Below are positions 49,201 to 57,719 of a stretch of DNA of 59,238 nucleotides, one piece after another. Made by a program: the position numbers and the translations under genes. The first letter of the stretch is position 1; every line of letters starts with the position of its first letter. This DNA comes from Sphingobacteriaceae bacterium (GTDB lineage: Bacteria; Bacteroidota; Bacteroidia; B-17B0; Aurantibacillaceae), in the NCBI GenBank assembly GCA_947457335.1, contig CANGWA010000001.1:1-59238 (forward strand), in the 5' to 3' direction. The notes under the pieces were generated by a model. It saw only the letters and a program-made list of their open reading frames with translations. It was not told the origin of the DNA and did no database searches.

Positions 49201-49651
49201 CTTCGACAAAGGCCGGGGTCAATTTCTCCCCTTTTCTAATCTGTAGGGTATTCGCATGCAGTTGTTTGCGCAGTGCTACTTTTTCACACAGGGCTTGCGG
49301 ATAGGTTACCAAGGCTCCCTGAAAGTGTCCGCCAGCCAGTAAACTCAGCGCCTCCGCCCGCTCCTGAATGCTAGCATTGGTTGTCCGCTCTACTTGATAG
49401 GGAAGGCGGTAGCTCTCGGGAAAAAAAACGGTTTTTTTGCCCCTTAAAATGGTTTCTAAATCGTTGTAAATGTAGGCCGCTTTTTCTTTGTCCGACGCCA
49501 CCACCAACAACGTTTTGCCCAGTGACGCGAGCGGGGCTAGTGAAAAGGACAAAGCAGATCCGCTCAATCCCTTGAACCGGTAATTGCGAAAGTCGGTTAA
49601 TTTGCCTGTAACAGAGCCATACAAGCCCTCGAGGGTTTCCCTTGAAAGCAT
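46277..49651 (-). CDS. mfd: Transcription-repair coupling factor
   Basis: UvrB-like N-terminus, CarD/RID domain (GDYVTH..HGIG), GDVGFGKTE, DEEQKFGV, TATPIPRT, QMRGRVGRS, TRG motif. Start ATG 49651 with -7 box TACCTTTG at 49659-49666. Confidence 0.97.
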   Translation of the reverse strand: MLSRETLEGLYGSVTGKLTDFRNYRFKGLSGSALSFSLAPLASLGKTLLVVASDKEKAAYIYNDLETILRGKKTVFFPESYRLPYQVERTTNASIQERAEALSLLAGGHFQGALVTYPQALCEKVALRKQLHANTLQIRKGEKLTPAFVEEFLLSCQFSEVDFVAEPGQYSIRGGIIDIYSFANEYPYRIELFGNDVDGIRTFDPASQLSVANFEFVTILPNINSSVFSDEKSLLLNYLDPEQTILVFEDLELCLAVFNRKLEKAQEAFDNYTGEVKQLAPEKLYAAAEELNGVLDRYSCIEYGVKNALKGEPVEFHTRPQPSFNKNFDLLVAHLKENRAKGYQNYFLTDNSKQGARLITIFNDLLVKEHRTYESLITYLPFSVHEGFIDDDLKIAVYTDHQIFERYHRFKLREARQKAAEAFTLKDILALNPGDYVTHIDHGIGRFAGLQKLTVNGKTQESVKLLFRDNDVLYVSIHSLHRISKYTGKEGKPPRVDKLGSTTWQTLKNKTKKNVKELAYDLIKLYAERKARPGHAYLRDNYLQHELEASFIYEDTPDQVKVTRDVKRDMEKPHPMDRLVCGDVGFGKTEIAVRAAFKAVCDGKQVAILVPTTILAYQHYKTFSERLKDLPCNVDFVNRFRTAKTQKEVLGKLADGKLDIIIGTHRLVNKDIKYKDLGLLIIDEEQKFGVGVKDKIKTIKTNVDTLTLTATPIPRTLQFSLMGARDLSVISTPPPNRYPVQTELHTFNEELIRDAIAHELDRGGQVFFVHNKVQNIMEVAGMIQRLLPDARVAIGHGQMDGEKLEDVMLGFIEGDYDILVATTIIESGIDISNANTIIINDAQNFGLSDLHQMRGRVGRSNKKAYCYLLAPPQISLTDEARKRLKAIVEFSDLGSGFQIAMRDLDIRGAGNLLGGEQSGFINDMGFDTYMKILNEAIEELKEENWYKEVAGEEVDKSAFSRQFVKETVVDTDLQLLIPDAYVSNLTERLLLYRELDSITKEDDLQRYELGLRDRFGPLPVEVVELINVVRMRWKAMRLGFEKITLKNKKMLAYFISRQQSEYFNSPEFQGSILFAQKNPRLCTLKEQNNKLYLTVEDVESIKRASEVLEEISAQVPAMPTAYEA

Positions 49652-49744
49652 AAGGTCGCAAAGGTACACACAAAGCGGCTGTGTTGTGGAGCGTTTTCAA
49701 AATATTTCAGTTACCACCTACTGTCTGCTTTATCTTTTTTCTGG

Positions 49745-49948
49745 GGCTTCCCCCTGCACAAAAGGGCGAATTATTTTTAGTTCAAGGTCCTTTTGTTGCA
49801 GGGGTCAGGCCATCCGCTATAGCTCGCTTCCCCGCTGCAAGCAAGGCAAGCGGCAACACGGGCAGGGTCTCTTGCTCATCAAAGAGCCCTGCCCGCTACG
49901 CCTTGCTAACAGCGGGCTGCGCGAGGCTGCCGCTCCTGTCCTTAAGCC
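49745..49948 (-). repeat. Long intergenic imperfect hairpin element, copy 4
   Basis: Minus strand: GGCTT-AAGGACAGGAGCGGCA...long stem...TATAGCGGATGGCCT-GA-CCCCTGCA...TGCAGGGG-GAAGCC. Apical GGGTCTC/GAGCC motif shared with copy 3. Confidence 0.65.
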
Positions 49949-50043
49949 AACACTACCACTGCCTTTTACACACCACACCTTCATTTTTGCCACTTAAAAA
50001 AGTACCCCCCCCTTAATTCCTAGTGGTTTCATTTGAAATTGTT

Positions 50044-50051
50044 TACATTTG
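50044..50051 (+). promoter_or_regulatory. Bacteroidota -7 promoter box
   Basis: TACATTTG, 22 bp before ATG 50074. Confidence 0.55.
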
Positions 50052-50073
50052 ATAGACTACTAATTCATCACAC

Positions 50074-52083
50074 ATGAAAAAAAATTTACTTCTGGGGTTT
50101 TTATCCGCCTCATGCATTATGAGCGCCCAGACGCCGCGGATGTCGTTGTTCGAGGAATTTACCGGCGAAACGTGTCCGCCTTGCGCTGCCACCAATCCTG
50201 GACTTAACACCTTATTAGCCTTGCCAGAAAACACGGCCATTGTTATCCCAATAAAATGGCAAGTGCCAATTCCTTCTGCACCTTCCAATACTTGGTCACT
50301 CTACCGCACCAACAAAGCTGAAATCGATTGGCGTTACCGCTCTTCCACTTCGGGTGGATATGGTTACCAAAGCCAGTGGACCCAAGGGGGTACAGTATCA
50401 GGTGGTATTAACTCGGCACCAACGGGACTCATTGATGGACAGCACCAGTGGGTGTTTGGAGCGAGCTCTGATCACCCTGCAGGATTGACCAGCGCTGTTC
50501 TAGCAACAGCCCACACGTATACCTCCGCTTTTTCGATTACAATGGACCGAAGCTGGACCGATGCCAGCGCATCAACCGTTAATTTAACCATTACCGTGAA
50601 GGCGACAGCGCCTTTTCAAGCTACTGGCAACTTGATGTTCAGAACCGTAATGGTTGAACGCTTGATTCAGTTCTCTGTGCAGCCCGGCACCAATGGCGAG
50701 AAAAACTTTGAAGATGCCGCCATCGCTTCCTTCCCAACTACAAAAACAGGAACCGTTGTAACCGGCATGGGCACAGCACTGCCTGGCACGTGGACGGTCG
50801 GACAAACCCAAACCTTTACCCTGAGTTGTCCACTTCCTGCGTATGTGCGCAAAAAAAGCGAAGTAGCATTCGTTGGGTTCATTCAAGACGATGGTAACAA
50901 AACAGTAGCACAAGCTGTGCGTGCTGACAAGCAAGGCACCGATGCCATCGATGCCCACGCGGTTTCAGTGAATGCTCCCGTTATTTATTGTAACAGCGGC
51001 TTTACACCCACGCTCCAAGTGCACAACAATGGCACCTCTGCCATCACCGACTTCACCGTAACGCCTTATGTTGATGGGGTAGCCGGCACACCATTTTCGT
51101 GGAATGGCAATTTGGCCAATGGCGCTTTCACAACGTTTACAATGAATACCGTTTCTGCAACACAAGCAGGGGGACATACCTTCTCCGTTCAAATCACCAA
51201 TGTGGCCGGAGGCGAAAGCAATGTCACCAACAACGGCACCTCTACCAGTTTTTATCAAGGAACCGGCACCAAGGGCAGTTCTGTAACTGAAGGATTCGTA
51301 CAAACCAGTTTCCCTCCAACCCTGTTTGGTATTAACAATGCGGATAACGGTTACACGTGGACCCGCTGTGGCACTGCCGGAGGATTTGGTAACAGCACAG
51401 AATCGGCTATGTACAATGCCTTTAAAAACTCTAGCAAAGGCGATAAGGACGAATTGTATTTGCCACCAATGAACATGAGCAATGGTGCTGATCCGGTGCT
51501 AGAATTTGATGTGGCTTATGCACAACGGCTTTCTACCAGCGCAGAACGGTTAGAGGTGTTTGCATCGGACGATTGCGGAACCACTTGGACCAAGTTTTAC
51601 GATCAAACAGGAAACAGCTTGGCAACCTTGTTAACCTTGGCTGCTGGCTCGTACACCCCTGACCAAATGGATCAATCACAGTGGCGCACCGAACAAATTT
51701 TCCTCACCGGCATGAACAAGGCATCGGTATTGATCAAATTTGTAGTAACCAATGATAATGGCAACAACGTTTATCTGGATAATATCAACTTACACCAATC
51801 CCTAACCGGATTGAAGGAGCGGAGTACCGCCGCGTTCAATGCAGTGGTCTATCCCAATCCAGCCAACAACGCTGCCAACGTGCGTTTCACCGGTGCAAGC
51901 GGAACCGTGAAAATTACCGTTACCACCGTTGCCGGTCAAATTGTTTACACCGGTTCAGTTGAAGCCAATGCAGGTATTACCGATGCCAACATCGAAACCA
52001 GCCACTTAGCAAGTGGGCTGTACCAGATAACAGTCGAAACCAGCCAGGGCAAAGTAACCCGTAAGCTAAACGTAACGCACTGA
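50074..52083 (+). CDS. T9SS-secreted Omp28-related protein with thioredoxin-like CxxC N-terminus
   Basis: Signal peptide; EEFTGETCPPC; Ig-like and cleaved-adhesin-like (…NNVYLDNI) regions; VYPNPA...GLY...RKL tail. Confidence 0.8.
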   Translation: MKKNLLLGFLSASCIMSAQTPRMSLFEEFTGETCPPCAATNPGLNTLLALPENTAIVIPIKWQVPIPSAPSNTWSLYRTNKAEIDWRYRSSTSGGYGYQSQWTQGGTVSGGINSAPTGLIDGQHQWVFGASSDHPAGLTSAVLATAHTYTSAFSITMDRSWTDASASTVNLTITVKATAPFQATGNLMFRTVMVERLIQFSVQPGTNGEKNFEDAAIASFPTTKTGTVVTGMGTALPGTWTVGQTQTFTLSCPLPAYVRKKSEVAFVGFIQDDGNKTVAQAVRADKQGTDAIDAHAVSVNAPVIYCNSGFTPTLQVHNNGTSAITDFTVTPYVDGVAGTPFSWNGNLANGAFTTFTMNTVSATQAGGHTFSVQITNVAGGESNVTNNGTSTSFYQGTGTKGSSVTEGFVQTSFPPTLFGINNADNGYTWTRCGTAGGFGNSTESAMYNAFKNSSKGDKDELYLPPMNMSNGADPVLEFDVAYAQRLSTSAERLEVFASDDCGTTWTKFYDQTGNSLATLLTLAAGSYTPDQMDQSQWRTEQIFLTGMNKASVLIKFVVTNDNGNNVYLDNINLHQSLTGLKERSTAAFNAVVYPNPANNAANVRFTGASGTVKITVTTVAGQIVYTGSVEANAGITDANIETSHLASGLYQITVETSQGKVTRKLNVTH

Positions 52084-52104
52084 TATATAATAAATTAATT
52101 GAAT

Positions 52105-52138
52105 AATCCCCCGCACCGACCGGTGACGGGGGATTTTT
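52105..52138 (+). terminator. Intrinsic terminator
   Basis: AATCCCCCG-CACCG-AC-CGGTG-A-CGGGGGATT followed by a T run. Confidence 0.75.
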
Positions 52139-52179
52139 GTTTTAACATCTGTCTATTTCGTGTTAAAACATTCTTTTAA

Positions 52180-52187
52180 TATATTTG
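52180..52187 (+). promoter_or_regulatory. Bacteroidota -7 promoter box
   Basis: TATATTTG upstream of ATG 52231. Confidence 0.5.
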
Positions 52188-52230
52188 TTATTGCAATTCA
52201 GGGATATAAATCAAAATCCAACCAAACAAC

Positions 52231-54165
52231 ATGAAAAAAAGTTTACTCGTTTTAGGACTTATGATTGCTGGCGGAGCATTTGCTCAAACGCCCCGCATGA
52301 GTCTTTATGAAGAATTCACTGGCGAAACCTGCCCTCCGTGTGCCGCCACCAACCCAGGCCTCAATGCTTTATTGGCTTCACCTACCAACACCCCAAAGGT
52401 TATTGCCTTGAAATGGCAAGTACCTATTCCTTCAGCACCAACCAAAACATGGTCCCTCTACCAAACCAATAAAACCGAAATTGACTGGAGATGGTCACAA
52501 TATGGCTACGGCATCAACTCGGCGCCATCAGGCCGCATGGACGGACGCAACGTCACCTTCTACGGAGCTGCATCGGATCACCCTGCTAACCTTAACAACT
52601 CGATTATTTCAACAGCGCAATCGTACACTTCACCATTCTCTATTTCCATGACGCACGCATGGAACAAGTATTGTACTGCTATCAACGTCACCATTACTAT
52701 TCAAGCAAGTGCTAACTACACTTCTACTGGTGCTTTGTATTTTAGAAATGCAATGATTGAGCGTAACATCAACTTCTCTGTTCAACCAGGAACAAACGGT
52801 GAAAAAGATTTTGAAGACATCGTAATCAAATGTTTCCCAAATTATATGGGCACTACCTTGCCAACGGCATGGACCACTGGGCAATCACAAACCTTTACCA
52901 TGAGCTGCACCCTTCCTTCTTACACCCGTAAGAAAAGTGAAGTGGCCCTCGTTGGATTCATTCAAGACGATGGTAACCGCACAGTTCAACAAGCCATGCG
53001 CGCTAACCCGCTCCCAATGCCAAACATTCAAATCGGCATGTTAGGCGCTAAGGTTGCAGCTACTTGTAACAGCACCATCACCCCAGATGTGATTCTTCGT
53101 AACGATGGCACCAGCGCTATCACCAACATGACCATCACTCCATACATCGACGGTACAGCTGCGGCTGCCTTCCCATGGTCGGGCAACCTTGCTGCTGGTG
53201 CAACCACTACTATCAACATTCCTTCATTGGCTACTGGTACAGCTTTAGGTTCCCACACGTTCTCTTACAATGTTGAATTAGCTGCTTCACCTTACAACCT
53301 CACTGCACAACTCAATAGCGTTAATTACATGGTAGCTTCTACCATCGCCGCTGATTCAGTTGTACAAGGCTTCTTGTTGGGCACCTTCCCTCCTGCTGGC
53401 TTCGCGGCTATCAATCCTAACAACGGACCAGGTTGGTCACGTGCTACCAATGCTGGTGGTTACAACATCACCCCATTGAACAGTTTGAAGTATGACTTCT
53501 TCAACAACACTGTTATAGGTGATCAAGACGAATTCTATCTTCCTCCAGTAGACTTAACTGGTGGCGCTGATCCACTGCTTGATTTTGAAATTGCCTACAG
53601 CCAACGTACCTCTACTAGCAACGATAACCTTGAAATTTTTGCTTCAAAAGATTGTGGTGCAACATGGACCAGCATTTACCAAAACAATGGCTCAACATTG
53701 GCTACTGTTTCAGGTTTCACTGGCATCAACTGGGCGCCAAACGTTAACGATCCTACCAACTGGCGTTCAGAGCAAGTGGTATTGACCGGACTTGCAGCGA
53801 ACAACGTATTGGTGAAATTTGTTGTAACCAACGACAACGGTAACAACCTCTACATTGACAACATCAATTTGAGACAAACACAACCGACTGGCATTTCTGA
53901 AAAAATGTTGTTGCCAGTGGTATCGGTTTATCCAAATCCAACCAACGGTATTACCAACGTACGTTTGAATGTAACCAGCTCACAAACAGCAACACTTAAA
54001 CTCGTGAACATCCTTGGTCAAGTGGTAATGACTAAAACTGTAGCACTCAACGGTGGTGACAATACCATCAGCATCGATGCAACAGGCTTCACCACTGGTG
54101 TTTACAATCTCGTGATTGATAATGGCAACGGCACTGCTGTTGTTAAAATCAACGTGACTGAATAA
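52231..54165 (+). CDS. T9SS-secreted Omp28-related CxxC protein (paralog of 50074..52083)
   Basis: Near-identical QTPRMSL.EEFTGETCPPCAATNPGLN, KWQVPIPSAP, FSVQPGTNGEK.FED and VGFIQDDGN segments; VYPNPT tail. Confidence 0.8.
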   Translation: MKKSLLVLGLMIAGGAFAQTPRMSLYEEFTGETCPPCAATNPGLNALLASPTNTPKVIALKWQVPIPSAPTKTWSLYQTNKTEIDWRWSQYGYGINSAPSGRMDGRNVTFYGAASDHPANLNNSIISTAQSYTSPFSISMTHAWNKYCTAINVTITIQASANYTSTGALYFRNAMIERNINFSVQPGTNGEKDFEDIVIKCFPNYMGTTLPTAWTTGQSQTFTMSCTLPSYTRKKSEVALVGFIQDDGNRTVQQAMRANPLPMPNIQIGMLGAKVAATCNSTITPDVILRNDGTSAITNMTITPYIDGTAAAAFPWSGNLAAGATTTINIPSLATGTALGSHTFSYNVELAASPYNLTAQLNSVNYMVASTIAADSVVQGFLLGTFPPAGFAAINPNNGPGWSRATNAGGYNITPLNSLKYDFFNNTVIGDQDEFYLPPVDLTGGADPLLDFEIAYSQRTSTSNDNLEIFASKDCGATWTSIYQNNGSTLATVSGFTGINWAPNVNDPTNWRSEQVVLTGLAANNVLVKFVVTNDNGNNLYIDNINLRQTQPTGISEKMLLPVVSVYPNPTNGITNVRLNVTSSQTATLKLVNILGQVVMTKTVALNGGDNTISIDATGFTTGVYNLVIDNGNGTAVVKINVTE

Positions 54166-54178
54166 TTTTCTTGCACAT

Positions 54179-54208
54179 CCCCGTTCCCTGATACGGAACG
54201 GGGGTTTT
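54179..54208 (+). terminator. Intergenic hairpin (weak terminator or mRNA stabiliser)
   Basis: CCCCGTTCC-CTGATAC-GGAACGGGG-G-TTTT, 12 bp before the next ATG. Confidence 0.5.
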
Positions 54209-54220
54209 AGTACCAAAAAC

Positions 54221-54982
54221 ATGAAGAAACACTTACTAGCCCTTTTGACACTTGCCGGCTTCTCCGCCATGGCACAGTCCTCTATCAAAATTCTTGTACA
54301 CTCTACTGGTAATCAAGTAGCGGCTAACGCTTCGTACCAAGCCACGGTTGCAGCAGAAGATGTATGCACCATTGAATTTGAAATTCAAAACATAGGAAGC
54401 GCCACCAACAGTTATAAGGTAAAACGGTACGACATTCAACTGAACGCCACTGCCACCGAAACAGCACAGGCCTATTTCTGTTATGCTGGCCGTTGCTTCG
54501 GTCCAACCACCATCGTTTCTGACGATGCACAAACACTTGCTCCAAACCAAAAGTCCTCCGACATTACCGGTCTCTACCAAATGTTAAGTGCTGACTTACA
54601 GGAGGCAACTGTAGCTGGAAAAAGCACTGTGAAATACACCTTCTACAATGTAGCGTCACCTAGCGATTCCGCACAATTCAGCATTGTATACAATGGCACA
54701 CCTACCGGCCTATCGTCGCTTACCAAATCCAACGCTTCGTTGGCGGTATACCCTAACCCAGTAAAGGACAATGCCACCTTAAAACTATATGCCCCAGAAG
54801 CGGGTTCAGGTAAAATTGCCTTGTTCAATTCCCTCGGAGCAGTAGTGCTTGAAAAACAAGTTCAACTCACTGAAGGCAACAACACCATTCAAGTCAACAC
54901 CGCTGCACTTCCAGCTGGCGTTTACTTCTGTAACTTTATCACTGAAGCGGGAACCGTTACCAAACGCATTGTGGTTGAATAA
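54221..54982 (+). CDS. Small T9SS-secreted protein (Ig-like domain + CTD)
   Basis: Signal peptide; YFC...C motif; VYPNPV...GVYF...KRIVV tail. Confidence 0.8.
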   Translation: MKKHLLALLTLAGFSAMAQSSIKILVHSTGNQVAANASYQATVAAEDVCTIEFEIQNIGSATNSYKVKRYDIQLNATATETAQAYFCYAGRCFGPTTIVSDDAQTLAPNQKSSDITGLYQMLSADLQEATVAGKSTVKYTFYNVASPSDSAQFSIVYNGTPTGLSSLTKSNASLAVYPNPVKDNATLKLYAPEAGSGKIALFNSLGAVVLEKQVQLTEGNNTIQVNTAALPAGVYFCNFITEAGTVTKRIVVE

Positions 54983-54999
54983 ACACCACATCCACCATC

Positions 55000-55028
55000 A
55001 AAAGGCCGTCCGTTGGACGGCCTTTTTT
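55000..55028 (+). terminator. Intrinsic terminator
   Basis: AAAAGGCCGTCC-GTT-GGACGGCCTTTTTT. Confidence 0.85.
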
Positions 55029-55107
55029 GTTTTAGTCCCCCCATTCCCCTTCCGAATCCGCAAGGATGTCGGTTTTTTTTAGTTTCTTTACACCCTGAAA
55101 TAATACC

Positions 55108-56118
55108 ATGGAATTATACCTCGATTCGGCCAACCTGAAAGAAATTGAAGAAGGTTTTAAACTCGGCTTTTTAAATGGACTGACCACCACTCCCACCTTT
55201 ATGCAAAAAGAAGGGATTACGGATATTGACGGTACCATTGTAAAACTTAGCAAAATGGTGCCAGTGCTGCAAATTGAAGCATTGGGCAACTCTGCTGAAG
55301 AAGTGTTGGCTGAAGCCGAACGCCAATTAGCGCTAGGACTTGACCCTAAAAAAACAGTTTTCAAAATTCCTGTTTCACTCGAAGGGGTGCGTGCTTGTAA
55401 ATTGTTAAGGGACAAAGGATACTTGGTGAATGTACACCTCGTTTACACCCTTCAACAAGCGTATATGGCCATGCAGGCTGGCGCGACCTATGTTTGTCCC
55501 CTTGTTGGTCGCCTTCAAGACCAAGGTCACGATGCGATTGCCTTGGTAGAGCAATGTGTAAAAGCCGTGAACCATTATGGCTACAATACCAAAATCATGT
55601 TCTCTTCTGTACGTCACGCTGAACACGTGCGTAACGCAATAAACGTTGGTGTACACACCATCACTGTTCCATTAAAAGTAATGAAGCAGTTGACAGAAAA
55701 CAATTTCACCACCTTGGGCACTGATCAGTTCATTACCGATACCCGCCTCATGATGGTGCGCGTAAAAGAAGCAATGAACAGTGTTAACCCAACTGTTAAC
55801 GAGGCTACATCTATTTCGGAAGCATTGATCAAAATGACCGAATTTAACTTTGGGGCAATAACCGTTGTAACGAAGGATGGTCTTCTTAAAGGGGTCTTCA
55901 CCGATGGCTCCCTCCGGAAATTATTAATGGAAAAAGGACGCGATGTGTTGAATTGGAACCTCAGTCAACTCGACTACCGTGAACCCATCAGCATCGACGC
56001 CAATGCATTGCTCAATGATGCCAACACACTTTTCCGTAAAACACAAGTTGACACGCTCGTAGTAACTGATAACGGCAAACCAGTTGGTATGTTGGACATT
56101 CAGGACATGAAACTGTAA
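55108..56118 (+). CDS. Transaldolase/fructose-6-phosphate aldolase-fold protein fused to a C-terminal CBS pair
   Basis: MELYLD, GLTTTPT, VFKIP (Schiff-base Lys), YVCPLVGR, SSVRH; C-terminal CBS pair with GVFTDGSLRK and GMLDIQD. Confidence 0.85.
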   Translation: MELYLDSANLKEIEEGFKLGFLNGLTTTPTFMQKEGITDIDGTIVKLSKMVPVLQIEALGNSAEEVLAEAERQLALGLDPKKTVFKIPVSLEGVRACKLLRDKGYLVNVHLVYTLQQAYMAMQAGATYVCPLVGRLQDQGHDAIALVEQCVKAVNHYGYNTKIMFSSVRHAEHVRNAINVGVHTITVPLKVMKQLTENNFTTLGTDQFITDTRLMMVRVKEAMNSVNPTVNEATSISEALIKMTEFNFGAITVVTKDGLLKGVFTDGSLRKLLMEKGRDVLNWNLSQLDYREPISIDANALLNDANTLFRKTQVDTLVVTDNGKPVGMLDIQDMKL

Positions 56119-56123
56119 ACACC

Positions 56124-56834
56124 ATGACAGAAATTGAGAACCTTTATGCAGTGTTAGGCGGCAGGTTCATCACTCCCGAGAGTGAGATCCGCCGCAAACT
56201 ACACGACATAAAGGTTTTTTTATTGGATTGGGATGGGGTCTTTAACAATGGCGAAAAAAGCATCCACTCCAATGGCAGCAGCTTTAGTGAAGTAGACAGC
56301 ATGGGACTCAACCTGCTTCGCTTTTCGTGGTTCCTTAAGCATGGGGACTTGCCCGTTACGGGCATTATTAGCGGAGAGAAAAATGCCAATGCTTTTCACT
56401 TTAGTGAACGCGAGTGCTTACACTACTCTTTCTATAAAATCCCCCACAAACACCTCGCACTCGATTATATCTGTAACGAGGGGGGATTCAAGCCCCACGA
56501 AGTGGCTTATTTCTTTGACGATGTGCTCGACCTCAGCATTGCCGAACGGTGTGGCGTACGGGTACTCGTGAATCAAAAATGCAATCCGCAATTTACCAGT
56601 TGGTGCATTAAACACCAGTTAGTAGACTACCTCACGGCATCACCAGGCGGCTCGGGCGCTGTGCGAGAATCAACCGAATTACTCATTGGGCTGCAAGATA
56701 ATTTTGAGGCCGTTATTGAAAACAGAATGCACAATTCGCCGCGCTACCAAGAATACATCACGCGACGCAAAGCCATTCAACCTTCCTTTTTTACATTGAC
56801 CCCAAAGGGCATTGAACCGCTTCGTCCCGAATAA
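56124..56834 (+). CDS. KdsC/YrbI-like HAD phosphatase (Kdo-8-phosphate phosphatase family)
   Basis: DWDGVF..G, F...D..G, IISG, K, FDDVLD, GG.GAVRE..EL. Confidence 0.8.
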   Translation: MTEIENLYAVLGGRFITPESEIRRKLHDIKVFLLDWDGVFNNGEKSIHSNGSSFSEVDSMGLNLLRFSWFLKHGDLPVTGIISGEKNANAFHFSERECLHYSFYKIPHKHLALDYICNEGGFKPHEVAYFFDDVLDLSIAERCGVRVLVNQKCNPQFTSWCIKHQLVDYLTASPGGSGAVRESTELLIGLQDNFEAVIENRMHNSPRYQEYITRRKAIQPSFFTLTPKGIEPLRPE

Positions 56835-56837
56835 ACC

Positions 56838-57719
56838 ATGATTAGCGACGACCTTGTAGTCCTTTATTCCGTTCCAATTTACACCCTCGTCATCGGTGCA
56901 GAAATGCTCTACTCGTGGAGAAAACACTTGCACCTCTATTCTACAAAAGGTGTTTTGGCCAACGTGTACCTGACCTTATTGAACATGGGTCTTGATTTGC
57001 TTGTGCGTGTGGCCTGCTTGGGCATTCTCGACTTTTTTTACCAATACCGTTTCACTGACCTCTCGTGGTCACCAGCACTATACTGGAGCGTGTTGATTCT
57101 TTCAGAAGATTTTATGTATTACTGGTTGCACCGCGTTGACCACTATTGCCGCTTCTTTTGGGCAGTTCATGTTACCCACCACAGCAGTGAGGAATTTAAC
57201 CTCACCGTTGGTTTTCGCTCATCGGTATTCCAACCCCTCTACCGATTTGTCTACTTTATTCCCATCGCCCTGCTGGGATACAAAGGCATTGACATTGTGC
57301 TAGCCTACGCCATCACCCAAATCTTCGGCATCTTGGTTCACACCCAAGCAGTAGGTAAATTAGGCGTGCTCGAGTATGTTTTTGTAACACCCTCGCATCA
57401 CCGCGTACACCATGCGAGTAATGTGAGGTACCTCGATAAAAACATGGGCATGTTGCTCATTATTTGGGACAAATTGTTTGGCACTTTTGAAGAAGAAACA
57501 GAGAATGTCAAATACGGACTCACTAAGAATCTAGAAAACCCTTCGGCTGTGCATTTAGTTTTTCATGAATGGAAGGGCGTGTGGCGCGACGCCACCCAAA
57601 CTGGATTAACCCTCAAACAACGGCTGTTGTACATCTTTGGTCCCCCAGGCTGGAGCCACGACGGCCGTACACAAACCAGTAGTCAATTGCGCGCAGCGCT
57701 TAGGAAAAACAAGGCATGA
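56838..57719 (+). CDS. Sterol desaturase / fatty acid hydroxylase family membrane di-iron enzyme
   Basis: His boxes YWLHRVDH, HVTHHS, HT and PSHHRVHH; D.N.G...IWD.LFGT. Confidence 0.9.
   Translation: MISDDLVVLYSVPIYTLVIGAEMLYSWRKHLHLYSTKGVLANVYLTLLNMGLDLLVRVACLGILDFFYQYRFTDLSWSPALYWSVLILSEDFMYYWLHRVDHYCRFFWAVHVTHHSSEEFNLTVGFRSSVFQPLYRFVYFIPIALLGYKGIDIVLAYAITQIFGILVHTQAVGKLGVLEYVFVTPSHHRVHHASNVRYLDKNMGMLLIIWDKLFGTFEEETENVKYGLTKNLENPSAVHLVFHEWKGVWRDATQTGLTLKQRLLYIFGPPGWSHDGRTQTSSQLRAALRKNKA

Noticed and set aside
49584-50016. ORFs 49584..49997 and 49681..50016 (also 19586..19801)
   Set aside because: They overlap GC-rich hairpin elements and promoters and have no recognisable motifs.
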